Positions 42,801 to 52,081 of a DNA stretch of 64,000 bases are shown here, piece after piece. This DNA is from an uncultured Verrucomicrobiota bacterium (lineage in GTDB: Bacteria > Verrucomicrobiota > Kiritimatiellia > CAIVKH01): the NCBI GenBank assembly GCA_937873455.1, contig CALMYG010000002.1:11325-75324 (forward strand). Reading direction: 5' to 3'. Position numbers and translations under genes: made by a program. The notes beneath the pieces are model-generated. The model had not been told where the DNA came from. It did no database searches and worked only from the letters and a program-made list of their open reading frames with translations. Every line of letters starts with the position of its first letter. The first letter of the stretch is position 1.

Positions 42801-44381
42801 TGGCATGTCCGGGGGCAAATCCACGAATCCCGCGTCGATGGCCACCGAAAATGCGGACAAGCGAAAATCTCCGGTGTCCGGCGAGGCCAGGCGCGGATCC
42901 TGGTTAAAACCATCGCTTTCCATCCCCGTGGCAGCGCTCAATGCGGCCAGGTTGGTATACAACCGGTCGGTATAAAATCGCGACAACTGGTTTTCCCGGA
43001 AATACAGATTGCCGTTGATGGTATTGTCCTCGATCCGCATGATGACATTGGTCGATGGCAGCGGCCAAAACAGGTCGTGCTCGGTTTGACCTCCAAAGAC
43101 CAGGTTGTTGACCAACCGGTTATGGGTAAGCGAGGCCCAAACGGTGTTGTTGGTTTCCTGGTGTGTCGCCGGCATCCAGCGCGACATCGTTCTGCCATGT
43201 AGGCTGGCGATTCCGCGGTTGAAGGCCACGGTATTGTTGACCACATCAATATAATCGGATTCCGCCACCTGTATGCCGATCAACTCATTCCCGATCAGTA
43301 AATTATTCGCGGCCATCACCCGCCGGCTGACCTCGATGAACAGCGCCACCGCCACGTTGTCGGGACGACGGGGATGACCACGGGTGTTGACCACCGTATT
43401 GGCGTGGATGAGCTTGGGCGAATCGTCGCGGCAAAAATCCGCCCATATCCCATTGCTCAAATTGCCGTCCAGCCGGTTGCTGACCACCTGAAACCCGGAC
43501 GACGCATACAGCTTGATACCGCTGGCGATCATGGAGGCGTCGACACCGCGCAGGTTGTTGGAGTTGATGGTATTCGACATAATCACCACGTTGGTCGAAA
43601 AGTCGGCATGCACGCCGCTGCCGCCGTTATGGGCGACCAGGCAGTTTTCCAGCACGCTGTAACTTCCCAGCAGCACCCCGATATAATTCATCCAGGTAAT
43701 CGAACAGTCGACGAGGCGGGTGTGGGACCCCACCAGAATACCGGGCCATTGGCCGAGCACATTGCTGTGTTGAAAATGCAGCCCTCGGACGAGATAATGA
43801 CGCCCGATCGCGAAAAGGAACAGATCGTCTCCCACCGAGGCCTCTACCGTTTGTAGATTAGGATCCACCGGAAATGACGGCTGAATGTAGAGGATGGAAT
43901 TGGTCCGGTCGTGAAAAAACGATCCGGGAATCATGTCGTTTTGATTGAAGCCAAGCGGTTCGATGAAGGGATTCACCGCTGGACCGATTTGCTGCAACCA
44001 TTCGCCGTTCACGAACACTTGCTGACTGCGGTTCGTCCATCCGGTGGTTTTCCATACCGATCCGGTATGCAGCGACCAATTGGTGACGATACGTGAGCCT
44101 TTGATTAGCGGCGTTTCGTTGGAGTATGCCGCTATGAGGATCGGTTGCGATGCCGTGCCATGCGTTCGGTTGGTCAAGTGCTCGCGGTACACGCCGCCCC
44201 GCACATAAATCGCGTCGCCCGGAGCCACCAGGTTCAAAGCCCGCTGTATCGTGCGCAGGGGCAGATTGGTGGACGTTCCGGGATGGCTGTCCAAGCCATC
44301 CGGAGCTACGTAGTAGGACGCCCCCAGCGAGGAAAATATCCAGCCGGTGATGATCCATGCGCCCAACCAAGCGCGCCCCAT
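39897..44381 (-). CDS. Large secreted protein with two parallel beta-helix modules and InlB-B-repeat-like C-terminal domains
   Basis: Signal peptide. Two cap motifs (YYVAPDGLDSHPGTSTNLPLRTIQRALNLVAPGDAIYVRGGVY and HYVSTNSPNPLYPYTSWETAAHVIMDAVDAASDGDTVLVGPGLY). C-terminal DPGWRFRGWIGD. Confidence 0.8.
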   Translation of the reverse strand: MGRAWLGAWIITGWIFSSLGASYYVAPDGLDSHPGTSTNLPLRTIQRALNLVAPGDAIYVRGGVYREHLTNRTHGTASQPILIAAYSNETPLIKGSRIVTNWSLHTGSVWKTTGWTNRSQQVFVNGEWLQQIGPAVNPFIEPLGFNQNDMIPGSFFHDRTNSILYIQPSFPVDPNLQTVEASVGDDLFLFAIGRHYLVRGLHFQHSNVLGQWPGILVGSHTRLVDCSITWMNYIGVLLGSYSVLENCLVAHNGGSGVHADFSTNVVIMSNTINSNNLRGVDASMIASGIKLYASSGFQVVSNRLDGNLSNGIWADFCRDDSPKLIHANTVVNTRGHPRRPDNVAVALFIEVSRRVMAANNLLIGNELIGIQVAESDYIDVVNNTVAFNRGIASLHGRTMSRWMPATHQETNNTVWASLTHNRLVNNLVFGGQTEHDLFWPLPSTNVIMRIEDNTINGNLYFRENQLSRFYTDRLYTNLAALSAATGMESDGFNQDPRLASPDTGDFRLSAFSVAIDAGFVDLPPDMPSGDHEGNPRVLFDRVDIGCFEFDGSAGAIAPSVTITTACGWVAYDAFEVRGVNNANVVGDLWADVVALPSTVTTRYPVVRLSSTQWRVADFTPEPLVAHEITITATNWNGTPAYDTCTLQRGGIGTGRPWVGITNAPDADIIESFFTLSGTQNVHVAGFLPWVCLYAGEVVASGAVSAAGASWSAAITGMRTGQNYIVISVTNAWGVFHSVTSRIHSGETPIHYVSTNSPNPLYPYTSWETAAHVIMDAVDAASDGDTVLVGPGLYQEGGRDHLFGFSRVILDKGITLESSEGPEVTTIWGHRPGGPVSVRGVLMVHTQAIIRGFTIRNGRVQGFPVERSYGGGLLANDMARIERCVFTGNTATPNGKGGGAALWYAQGTITDCVFHDNQAFSGGGLAILWGTNAVAHRLLAFNNHALNNGGGFVVDNCSRFSSAVAWSNRAEIMGGGIALGNNAIIRNVTVERNSAPEGGAFALVGAEASIISSIAWSNTPPGIKAVSNHLVHTVRQSILPHALPAHWSVIQVLNVNPQYENAAAGNFRLTANSPALDMGQTLSWLRDTPDMDGNARVAGPFVDIGAYEFWRKIWIESLMNGYIAGATNPLNIRLIWAADRQLAVSNVTVTLPSGWELIGASRAGESIPINGNQILPTQPLLLGDAFITALIRVDPGATHARTVTAAVAATLIKGSETFAWSGAAAPLVVNHYKWLNAQPSGSGQMTTTLPNGWTIHNQMVTITAQADPGWRFRGWIGDTHNAITNANGSINVLMNRDRNVQADFVQLVTLTVESDRAGVLPPPMTYVMDRGEIMALSARAVVTNEGRTHVVADWVGSGRLPVRGTARAFTVLMDEDTSIAWRWCALEARHASRGARVQGDVRSTILVTITYETSGVLDRIWYKPVLPDGASVVAVRGAHAPAMHPGGAILLLEQLDSGEASFEMDILWPPDTRGPVAIQATVGVNAFHDEPEQSW

Positions 44382-44492
44382 CCGGTTGCCAACCAGGACA
44401 AAACGCGGCCCTTTATAGCCACATCGGTTAATAATCTACTCCTGCCTTCGTCAATAGTGTACCCCATCCGGCCAAAGAATTCTAGATATTTA

Positions 44493-44527
44493 GAAAATAA
44501 AAAAGCAAGGCGGGTTGCGCCTTGCTT
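44493..44527 (-). terminator. Rho-independent terminator ending the minus-strand polysaccharide operon
   Basis: On the minus strand, gcaaggcgc-aaccc-gccttgc followed by ttttttatttt. Confidence 0.55.
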
Positions 44528-44552
44528 GCCGGATTTGGTTAACCGTCGGATT

Positions 44553-45656
44553 TTAAGGGGTAAATTCGCGGAAGGCCTGGGCGATGTAGTCAATATGTTC
44601 GTCCGGCATTTCCGGATACATGGGCAGCGAGAGAATCTCCTTGGCGCACCGCTCGGTGATGGGAAACTGGCCCGCTTTCCATCCAGCGTCGGCGTAGGCT
44701 TGCTGGAGGTGGATGGGAATCGGGTAGTGAATGATGGTGGGGACGCCGCGATCGGCCAAGTGTTTGATGAGTTGTTCACGCTGGGGAACGCGGACGACGT
44801 AGAGGTGGTACACATGCTCGACGTCCGGCGAAACGTACGGGGTGACGACCCAGGGAATATCGGTAAGTCGTTCGGTATAGCGGGCGGCGTGGTTTCGGCG
44901 CAGGGTGTTGCCGGCATCCAGGTGTTTAAGTTTAATGTTCACGATAACCGCTTGCAGGGTGTCGAGACGGCTGTTTTCGCCTTTCTCCAGGTGGTGATAT
45001 TTCACCAGCGATCCATAGTTGCGCAACATGGCCATGCGTTCGGCCCAAGCCTTGCTGTTGGTGGTGGCGATGCCGCCGTCGCCGTAGGCGCCAAGGTTTT
45101 TTCCCGGATACAAACTAAAGGCGGCGATATCGCTCATGGAACCGGCGCGCTTGCCCTTGTAGCGGGATCCGTGGGCCTGTGAGGCGTCCTCGATGACATG
45201 CAACCCGTGTTTTTGCGCGATGGCACGTACGGGATCCATATCGGCGGGTTGGCCGTAGAGGTGTACCGGCATGATGGCTTTGGTGCGCGGGGTGATGGCG
45301 GCCTCGATTAGAGCGGGGTCGAGGTTGTAGGTTTTTTCATCGATATCGACCAACACCGGGATCGCGCCGATGGAGGAGATGCCGAGTACGGTGGCGATGA
45401 AGGTGTTGGCGGCGGTGATGACCTCGTCGCCGGGACCAATGTCCAACGCGCGCAAGGCCAGCTTGATGGCATCAAGACCGGAGGCGACGCCCACGCCGTG
45501 CGCGCATTCGGAGTAAGCCGCGAAATTTTTCTCGAACTCGGCTACCGGGGCGCCGAGCACAAAATTGGTTTGATCCATGACGCCACGAATGGCCGGCATG
45601 ATTTCCGATTCCAAGGTCGCGAATTGAGCTTTTAAGTCGATAAACGGTATTTTCAC
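44553..45656 (-). CDS. DegT/DnrJ/EryC1/StrS-family PLP-dependent sugar aminotransferase
   Basis: MKIPFIDLKAQ... with the PLP-lysine region characteristic of WecE/ArnB/WbpE-type enzymes. Confidence 0.9.
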   Translation of the reverse strand: MKIPFIDLKAQFATLESEIMPAIRGVMDQTNFVLGAPVAEFEKNFAAYSECAHGVGVASGLDAIKLALRALDIGPGDEVITAANTFIATVLGISSIGAIPVLVDIDEKTYNLDPALIEAAITPRTKAIMPVHLYGQPADMDPVRAIAQKHGLHVIEDASQAHGSRYKGKRAGSMSDIAAFSLYPGKNLGAYGDGGIATTNSKAWAERMAMLRNYGSLVKYHHLEKGENSRLDTLQAVIVNIKLKHLDAGNTLRRNHAARYTERLTDIPWVVTPYVSPDVEHVYHLYVVRVPQREQLIKHLADRGVPTIIHYPIPIHLQQAYADAGWKAGQFPITERCAKEILSLPMYPEMPDEHIDYIAQAFREFTP

Positions 45657-45758
45657 TTTTTTCCTTTTGTTTTATTCGTGGCGACCATTGAGGGTCGGCC
45701 TCCATCTTTTCACATGCGCCCAAGCTGTTCGGGCTCTTTCCCCTGGCACCCAAACATA

Positions 45759-47141
45759 TTAACCGGTTTGTTGCCGGATTTTTTTATACCGGGAATTCCA
45801 GGTTTGGTCATCCGCTATTTCGATGCGCACGGGAATGGCCTCCCGGGGGAGCCGATCGCGACAAAATACGCGCAGGCGATGGCGCAAGGCGCCCGGCTCT
45901 TCCGGGTTGACCAGGCGGACGGTCGCGGCCACGGTGTGGCCAAGGATAGGATTTTTCTCCCCGCTGACCACGGCATCGCGGATATTGTCAGCGGCAAGGA
46001 GGACGTTTTCCACTTCGGCGGGGTTGACCTTTTGGCCGCCGACATTGATCAGTTCGCTTTGCCGCCCCAGGACGCGGATGAAGTCACCATCCACCTCCAC
46101 CCGGTCACCGGTGTTGATCCAGCCCTCGGCATCAATAGGGCTCGGCGCGTTCAGGTAGCCGATCATGGATGACGGCGAGCGGATCCACAAGGTGCCGTCC
46201 ACCACTTTGATGTCAACGTCTCCGCCAGAAACCCGGAACCAGAGCGAACCGTCTTCGCGGGAGCGCGTGGGAGGAGATCCGAATTCCGTCGCCCCGTATT
46301 TCTGGATGAACCGGCAACGCGGCAAGACTTCGCGGAGGCGTGAAAGGGTGATCTCCGGCATGACTTCCGCGCCGTAGGTGATGATTTTCAGGCTGCTCAC
46401 GTCGTGCCGCGACAAGCCGCCCGACAACCACATGATATTAAGCAGGCTGGGTGTAGCAGGCAGCAGCTCGGCCTGATGCCGGGTGATAGCCGCGCAGATG
46501 CCATCGGGATCCGTCGACTCCGGAATGACGACGCCTGCCCCACTGGTGAGGGCGTACCACAAGCTGTCGAGGCCGGCCATGTGATCAAACGGAAGCACCA
46601 ACACGGTGCGCAACGCTGGATGCGGTTTCTGGAACTTGGACAGAAAGCGGTCGGCGCGGTGCAGGCTGGCCTTGGGCACACCGGTGGAACCGGAGGTGAA
46701 AATAATCAGCCCGCCCTGCCCGGCTTCGCGGCATTGCTCATAGAGCGCATGCGTCGCGGCGGCGGGGAAGGCGTGAGTGGTCCAGATGGAATCAGCGCCT
46801 CGCGGAGGCGCTACTACATCGGCGGTGCCCCGCGCATAGATCCATGATGGTTGAGCAATCTCCTTGGCGGCGTCCGGGCGGACCACGGCATTTGGCGTAA
46901 GGGGGATGGCGATACAGCCATGATCGAGAAGGGCAATTAACAGGGCGACCGAATCACCGTCCAGGCCGGCATCAAAAAGGACGGCCTGTCCGGCGGCAAC
47001 CCCATCGGCCTTTAGGCGCTCCGCCCACCGCGCGCATCCGGCCATGAGGTCATCATACCGAACGATCTGCTCGCCGCGAAGCAAGGCCGGCGCGTCCGGA
47101 TGGGCGCGCCAGCGCTCCATCAACCAGTCCAGCCCCATCAA
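45759..47141 (-). CDS. AMP-dependent synthetase/ligase (acyl-ACP/acyl-CoA ligase-like adenylating enzyme)
   Basis: AMP-binding motif IFTSGSTGVPK and downstream adenylation-core motifs. Confidence 0.85.
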   Translation of the reverse strand: MMGLDWLMERWRAHPDAPALLRGEQIVRYDDLMAGCARWAERLKADGVAAGQAVLFDAGLDGDSVALLIALLDHGCIAIPLTPNAVVRPDAAKEIAQPSWIYARGTADVVAPPRGADSIWTTHAFPAAATHALYEQCREAGQGGLIIFTSGSTGVPKASLHRADRFLSKFQKPHPALRTVLVLPFDHMAGLDSLWYALTSGAGVVIPESTDPDGICAAITRHQAELLPATPSLLNIMWLSGGLSRHDVSSLKIITYGAEVMPEITLSRLREVLPRCRFIQKYGATEFGSPPTRSREDGSLWFRVSGGDVDIKVVDGTLWIRSPSSMIGYLNAPSPIDAEGWINTGDRVEVDGDFIRVLGRQSELINVGGQKVNPAEVENVLLAADNIRDAVVSGEKNPILGHTVAATVRLVNPEEPGALRHRLRVFCRDRLPREAIPVRIEIADDQTWNSRYKKIRQQTG

Positions 47142-47872
47142 GCCCCCCCGAGATACAGAATCTGCGCGGTGATGTAGTCGCTTTCCGGGCGAATAAAAAA
47201 GTCAATCGCGTTGGATACATCGGCGAAATTGCCCAGGCGCTTGATCGCAAGCTGGTCGAGAATCGCCTGAATTTTTTGTTTGGGCACGCCGCGGATCAGG
47301 TCGGTCTCGATGGGTGTCGGTCCGACCAGGTTGACGGTAATGCCGAGGGGCGCCAATTCGCGGGCAAGAATCCGGGTCATGGATTCGACGGCGGCCTTGG
47401 AGGCGGCGTACATCGATTCACCTTCAAGTTTCAGCGGCGTAGCCACGGTGCCAAGGTTGACGATACGCCCATACGTGCGGACCTTCATGACCTTCGCACT
47501 TTCCCGGATTAGCAGGAACGATCCCAGAGCATTGGTGCGGAAAATCCGCTCGGCGGTGGCCAGCGGGGTGAGCAGGCAATGGTTCATGCTGGCGATGCCG
47601 GCATTGTTGATCAGGATATCCAGGCGCCCGTGGCGCTCCCGGATGCTGGCCATCATCGCCATGACGCCTTTTTCATCGGCCACATCGGTGCAATGATGAT
47701 GATAACCGGGAACAGACCAGTCGGCGGCTTCGCGGCTGCATCCTTCAACCAGGTATCCCCGGTCGGTGTAATACTCGACCAGATACTTGCCGATGCCCTT
47801 GCGGGTCCCGGTAATCAGCATGACCGGTTGGTCGGCGATCATGTCAGGAAACTCCGTCGAGTTGAGCCGCAA
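47138..47872 (-). CDS. Short-chain dehydrogenase/reductase (FabG-like)
   Basis: TGTRKGIG NAD(P)-binding motif, NNAG, and YAASK catalytic motif. Confidence 0.85.
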   Translation of the reverse strand: MRLNSTEFPDMIADQPVMLITGTRKGIGKYLVEYYTDRGYLVEGCSREAADWSVPGYHHHCTDVADEKGVMAMMASIRERHGRLDILINNAGIASMNHCLLTPLATAERIFRTNALGSFLLIRESAKVMKVRTYGRIVNLGTVATPLKLEGESMYAASKAAVESMTRILARELAPLGITVNLVGPTPIETDLIRGVPKQKIQAILDQLAIKRLGNFADVSNAIDFFIRPESDYITAQILYLGGA

Positions 47873-48143
47873 TGTAATCGGTCAAGGAGCCGATCGACCG
47901 GTACGGCGAGTTGCGCTGGGACATGGCGCGATCATCAGCGAGGGACACCGTTTGTCCAAATTTGGCGCGCACGGCCTCCTCCACATCCACAACCATCATG
48001 ACAATGCCCATGGAGTCGATCGGTCCGCCTTCGCCAAACATCAGGGTGTCCCGGTTGATTTCCGGGGGATGCGGGATGCCCCGCACGTCCAAAATCGAAA
48101 GGTAACAGGTGGTGACAATGGATTGAATCGCTTCGTTACTCAT
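47844..48143 (-). CDS. Acyl carrier protein-like
   Basis: 99 aa with an IDSMGIV phosphopantetheine-attachment-like motif. Confidence 0.7.
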   Translation of the reverse strand: MSNEAIQSIVTTCYLSILDVRGIPHPPEINRDTLMFGEGGPIDSMGIVMMVVDVEEAVRAKFGQTVSLADDRAMSQRNSPYRSIGSLTDYIAAQLDGVS

Positions 48144-48146
48144 GGT

Positions 48147-48770
48147 TTATTTCCAAAGGTCTATGGGGTGATCAGGAACCAGGGTACGCCCCTGGAGGGT
48201 GTAGGTTTTCCCGCATTCCGAGCAGGTCGCCTTGCCATCAACCAGCGTCAGCGGCGCACCGCAGGCGCATACATAGCCGACCGGACGGGCCGGATTGCCC
48301 ACGACGAGGGTAAACGGGGCGACATCCTGCAGCAGTACCGCGCCGGCGGCGGCAAACGACCACGCGCCGATGGTAATGCCGCACGAAACCACCACGCCCG
48401 CGCCGAGGGTTGCGCCCTCCTCGACCACCGTGGGCCGCAGCCAGTTTTCCTTGGCGGCATAGCGCGCCTTGGCCAGAGCCAAGCGGGGCGAACGCGGCCG
48501 CTGGTCATTGGTGAAGACGACTTGCGGCCCTACAAATACGCCGTCCTTGATGGTGACCGCCTCGCCAACATCAACATGCGTTTTGATGGTTACGCCGCGC
48601 CCGATCACCGAGCCGCTTTCGATGAAGCTGTGATCGCAGATGTTGCAGTCCGGGCCGATTACCGCGCCCTTCATGATGTGGGCAAACGCCCAGACCCGGG
48701 TGCCGGAACCGATGAGATCGGTTTCGACCAGGGCTTGGGGATGAATAAATACGCCTTCCGACACGATCAA
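48147..48770 (-). CDS. Left-handed beta-helix (hexapeptide-repeat) sugar N-acyltransferase with C-terminal zinc ribbon
   Basis: Repeated [LIV]G-x4 hexapeptides; C-terminal CACG...CSECG. Confidence 0.8.
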   Translation of the reverse strand: MIVSEGVFIHPQALVETDLIGSGTRVWAFAHIMKGAVIGPDCNICDHSFIESGSVIGRGVTIKTHVDVGEAVTIKDGVFVGPQVVFTNDQRPRSPRLALAKARYAAKENWLRPTVVEEGATLGAGVVVSCGITIGAWSFAAAGAVLLQDVAPFTLVVGNPARPVGYVCACGAPLTLVDGKATCSECGKTYTLQGRTLVPDHPIDLWK

Positions 48771-49792
48771 CCTCCGTAAACAATTGGGATTTTGCGCCCG
48801 TCTTCGGCGAGCGACCGGCTGGCCGCTTCGAGAATATCCACGACCTCGGCGGCTTGTTTCGGATAGCCCTTGTCGAGCGGACGGTCCGGGTTTTGGCAGG
48901 CTTCCACGAAATAGCGGGCCTGACGGTTCAGGGGCTCCTGGGATGGAATCCGCGGAACGAGAATGTCGCCCTCCTTGGTGAGCAATTGAAATTCGCCAAA
49001 GGTGTCATAGACCGGGTCGCGCACGACCGCGCGGTCATGGATCAATACCGGACCAGGGTTTCCGAACTCGTCCCAGGTGATCATCTTCTTTTCGCCGACG
49101 ATGGTAATTTCCCGGATTTTTTTGGGGTCAAGCCAGCTTACATGAATATGGCCGAGTACTCCGTTGGGGTATTGCAGGGTGAGGAACACAATATCCTCGA
49201 CCGGTGCGCGCAGGTAGCTTGCTCCGGTGGCGGCGACCCATTCCGGACGTTGGCCGAGAATGTGATTAAAGATATACAGATCATGGGAGGCCAGGTCCCA
49301 GGCGGCGTTGACATCCCGGCGGAAGGGGCCAAGGTTCGCCCGAACCGCCTTGATATAATACACGGGGCCGGCGGTGGCTTTCTTCACCGCATCAGCAAGG
49401 TATTCAATGCCGGGATTAAAGAGAAAGATATGCCCGGTCATCAGCAGGCGTTTTTTTTCCTCGGCCAAACGGACCAGCTTCCAAGCGTCGGCGGCTTGAT
49501 GGGTAAGCGGTTTTTCGCACAGTACGTGTTTGCCCGCGAGGAGCGCCGCTTCCACCACATCGATATGGGTGGCGGTCGGGGTACAGACCACCACGGCATC
49601 GACATCGGGACGCGCGAGCACTTCCCGGTAATCGGATACGGCTTCGATGCCGTAGGTGCCGGCGATCCGCTTGCGGCAGGCTTCGTCGAGATCGACCCCG
49701 ACGACGACCTCCGCGCCGGGAAGGGAATTGAAGTTACGCACATGGTTGGGTCCCCAACGGCCCAAGCCGATTACTGCAAGTCTTGTTTTCAT
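48767..49792 (-). CDS. Gfo/Idh/MocA-family NAD(P)-dependent sugar oxidoreductase (WbpB/GnnA-like)
   Basis: LAVIGLGRWG Rossmann motif and the EKP motif. Confidence 0.85.
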   Translation of the reverse strand: MKTRLAVIGLGRWGPNHVRNFNSLPGAEVVVGVDLDEACRKRIAGTYGIEAVSDYREVLARPDVDAVVVCTPTATHIDVVEAALLAGKHVLCEKPLTHQAADAWKLVRLAEEKKRLLMTGHIFLFNPGIEYLADAVKKATAGPVYYIKAVRANLGPFRRDVNAAWDLASHDLYIFNHILGQRPEWVAATGASYLRAPVEDIVFLTLQYPNGVLGHIHVSWLDPKKIREITIVGEKKMITWDEFGNPGPVLIHDRAVVRDPVYDTFGEFQLLTKEGDILVPRIPSQEPLNRQARYFVEACQNPDRPLDKGYPKQAAEVVDILEAASRSLAEDGRKIPIVYGG

Positions 49793-49837
49793 AAGCGTTT
49801 AATCCGTAATTAGCGCACCCGTCCTCGACCACGGCGG

Positions 49838-51313
49838 CTACAGAGCGCCTTTACCGGTCATCAGGACAAAAATCGTGCGGGTGAGAATACGGAGGTCGAG
49901 GGCCAATGACCAGTTCATAATATAAAAGATATCCATGAGGATGGTGTCTTCGTGGGATACGGCGGAACGCCCGAAAACCTGCCAAAAACCGGTAATTCCT
50001 GGTCGCACGCTATGGCGGAACTGTTGCCAGGGCTGAAATAATCCGGTCTCGTAAAGCGGAAGGGGGCGCGGTCCCACAAGGGACATCTCCCCTCTCAGTA
50101 CATTGATCAACTGCGGCAGCTCATCCAGACTGGTCTTTCGTAAAAAGGCGCCGGTCCGGGTTACCTGAGACTGATCGGTTAATTTAAGCAATCCCGCGCC
50201 TTGAGAAGCCGCCCCGAAGGAATCGTACTCCTTGTTGACCAGGCGACGCACCGCCTCCTTGTGATGTTCCTCGGTGTTTTGCCGCATGGTTCGGAACTTG
50301 AACACCTCGAAATCCTTGCCGCCGTGGCCGCCGCGTTTTTGCCGGAAAAAGACCGGTCCCGGCGATTCGAGCCTGATTAACCCCGCGATGAGGAGAAACA
50401 ACGGCGACAAAACCAACAACCCGACGGCCGCGCAAAGCCAGTCCATGAATAACTTGATGCGGATCTCCATCCGGTATAGCGGGCTTTCATTGATAAAAAT
50501 GTAACCGTACTCGGCTTCGGGCAGTTGCGGTACCCGTTCGGAAAGCGCGCCGAACTGATCCAGCGCAATACGCAGGCGGATGCCCCGGCCCATGAGTTCC
50601 TTGATCAGGCCGATGCTGCGGTTGTAGTCCACCGGATGCAACCGCATGAACACTTCCGACACCGGGTACCGGGCCAGAATGTCCTCGGCATCCGCCACCG
50701 AGCCGAGGCGTGGCGGAGCATCCGGTATATCCGGCGAATCGCCGTCGAGATAACCGATGACATGTTGATTGGAAAGCGATTCGCGGATGATGACATCCCG
50801 AATGCGTCGGGCTTCGGCGGCCCCGGTGAGGCAAAGTACCTGGCTCGGTTTACGGTCGTAGAGGCGGGTCAGGTTGATCAGGCCGGGTATCAGATAAAGC
50901 CGGCCAAACGAAAGGAATATCCAACCGAGGATCAGAAAGAAAAACATCGTGATGCGGTGTTCCCAAAACAATTGGATGCGCATAAAGAAAATGAGGGCGA
51001 GAAAAAAGCCGAAAAACACCAGCCAAGAACGAGAAATCAACTCCAGGTGTTCCATGGACCGGCGCATGGCCAGCGGTCGGTAGAGGTAACTATACCGGAA
51101 ATAACCGACCAAAAGCGGAATGAGTCCCGCGAGAAAAATCGCGTGCCGGACGTTCGGGGTGTAGACGCCGCCGCGCTCGGCGAAGAACAGATTGCGGAGG
51201 GTGAAAGAAAGGTAAAACGCCCCGGCCATGGCCAGAGCATCCAGCACGGCCAGCATGATTTTGTGGATCATGACGGCGTCCAGCTTGGGTTTGGTTTTAT
51301 TCAATACGTGCAT
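49838..51313 (-). CDS. Undecaprenyl-phosphate sugar phosphotransferase (WbaP/exopolysaccharide priming enzyme family)
   Basis: N-terminal TM block; C-terminal bacterial sugar transferase domain with DELPQL and VGPRP motifs. Confidence 0.9.
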   Translation of the reverse strand: MHVLNKTKPKLDAVMIHKIMLAVLDALAMAGAFYLSFTLRNLFFAERGGVYTPNVRHAIFLAGLIPLLVGYFRYSYLYRPLAMRRSMEHLELISRSWLVFFGFFLALIFFMRIQLFWEHRITMFFFLILGWIFLSFGRLYLIPGLINLTRLYDRKPSQVLCLTGAAEARRIRDVIIRESLSNQHVIGYLDGDSPDIPDAPPRLGSVADAEDILARYPVSEVFMRLHPVDYNRSIGLIKELMGRGIRLRIALDQFGALSERVPQLPEAEYGYIFINESPLYRMEIRIKLFMDWLCAAVGLLVLSPLFLLIAGLIRLESPGPVFFRQKRGGHGGKDFEVFKFRTMRQNTEEHHKEAVRRLVNKEYDSFGAASQGAGLLKLTDQSQVTRTGAFLRKTSLDELPQLINVLRGEMSLVGPRPLPLYETGLFQPWQQFRHSVRPGITGFWQVFGRSAVSHEDTILMDIFYIMNWSLALDLRILTRTIFVLMTGKGAL

Positions 51314-51322
51314 GGCGAGAAG

Positions 51323-52081
51323 TTAACGGGCGGTGCGCACAATGGAAGGATAAAGCTTGGCGATAAAGGCCGCGGCTTCGTCGAGGTGGTCGCTGGTTTG
51401 CGGATTGCGCCAACTGGATACGGATATGTAGGCCCATCGATGGGAGGCGCCGCGAAAGACCTGGTCAAATGCCATCCAAAACATGCGCACGTAATGGCTG
51501 GGGGTTTCGCGGGTTGGAGAAACAAACCAGTAGGCATAATACGAAGGATATTCCGCCCAACGACCGTCCGGCAATTGCCGCCGCAGCAGCATGTCCAGTA
51601 CGGTCACCCCCAACGGCCTGCGTCCGGGAATCTCCACCGAAATGGTGCGGGTGCGTACAATTTCGTTGCCGTCGCCGACCAGGCAGATTTGCGGGCGATG
51701 AATGCTGGTGCGGCTGGTTCCGCTCAACACCACCGAGGCGACGCGGGTTGGCTGGCTCGGCAACGAATATTGTTTCTTATGTATGGTGGTATCGGCGGGC
51801 AGCAAGGACCACTCGAGGGGCGAGGCGCCGGACAAACCGGCTCCGCATTCCGGACAGGCTTCCATGTTATCCAGTTCGGAGCGAAGAAAAACGCGGTTAT
51901 GACGGGCATTCAGGCAGTAAACAATTTCATCCCCCTGCCAATCGTCGACCGAATCCGGAAACGGCAGCGCGACGCCGGAGCGTCCGCTATCGCGAATTTC
52001 CGTGGTGAAGGCCATGGCCCATACGCCGATGATCATGACGGCCAGCAAGGCGGAATAGGCGGCGACCTCGCGGCGGTTCAT
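51323..52081 (-). CDS. Exosortase-associated EpsI-like protein
   Basis: ~250 aa with an N-terminal TM helix, 4-nt overlap with the upstream exosortase-like gene. Confidence 0.5.
   Translation of the reverse strand: MNRREVAAYSALLAVMIIGVWAMAFTTEIRDSGRSGVALPFPDSVDDWQGDEIVYCLNARHNRVFLRSELDNMEACPECGAGLSGASPLEWSLLPADTTIHKKQYSLPSQPTRVASVVLSGTSRTSIHRPQICLVGDGNEIVRTRTISVEIPGRRPLGVTVLDMLLRRQLPDGRWAEYPSYYAYWFVSPTRETPSHYVRMFWMAFDQVFRGASHRWAYISVSSWRNPQTSDHLDEAAAFIAKLYPSIVRTAR

Noticed and set aside
44145-45182. 345-aa plus-strand ORF spanning an intergenic terminator
   Set aside because: Overlaps the 5' end of the 1494-aa gene and the DegT gene in antisense and crosses a terminator hairpin; not coding.
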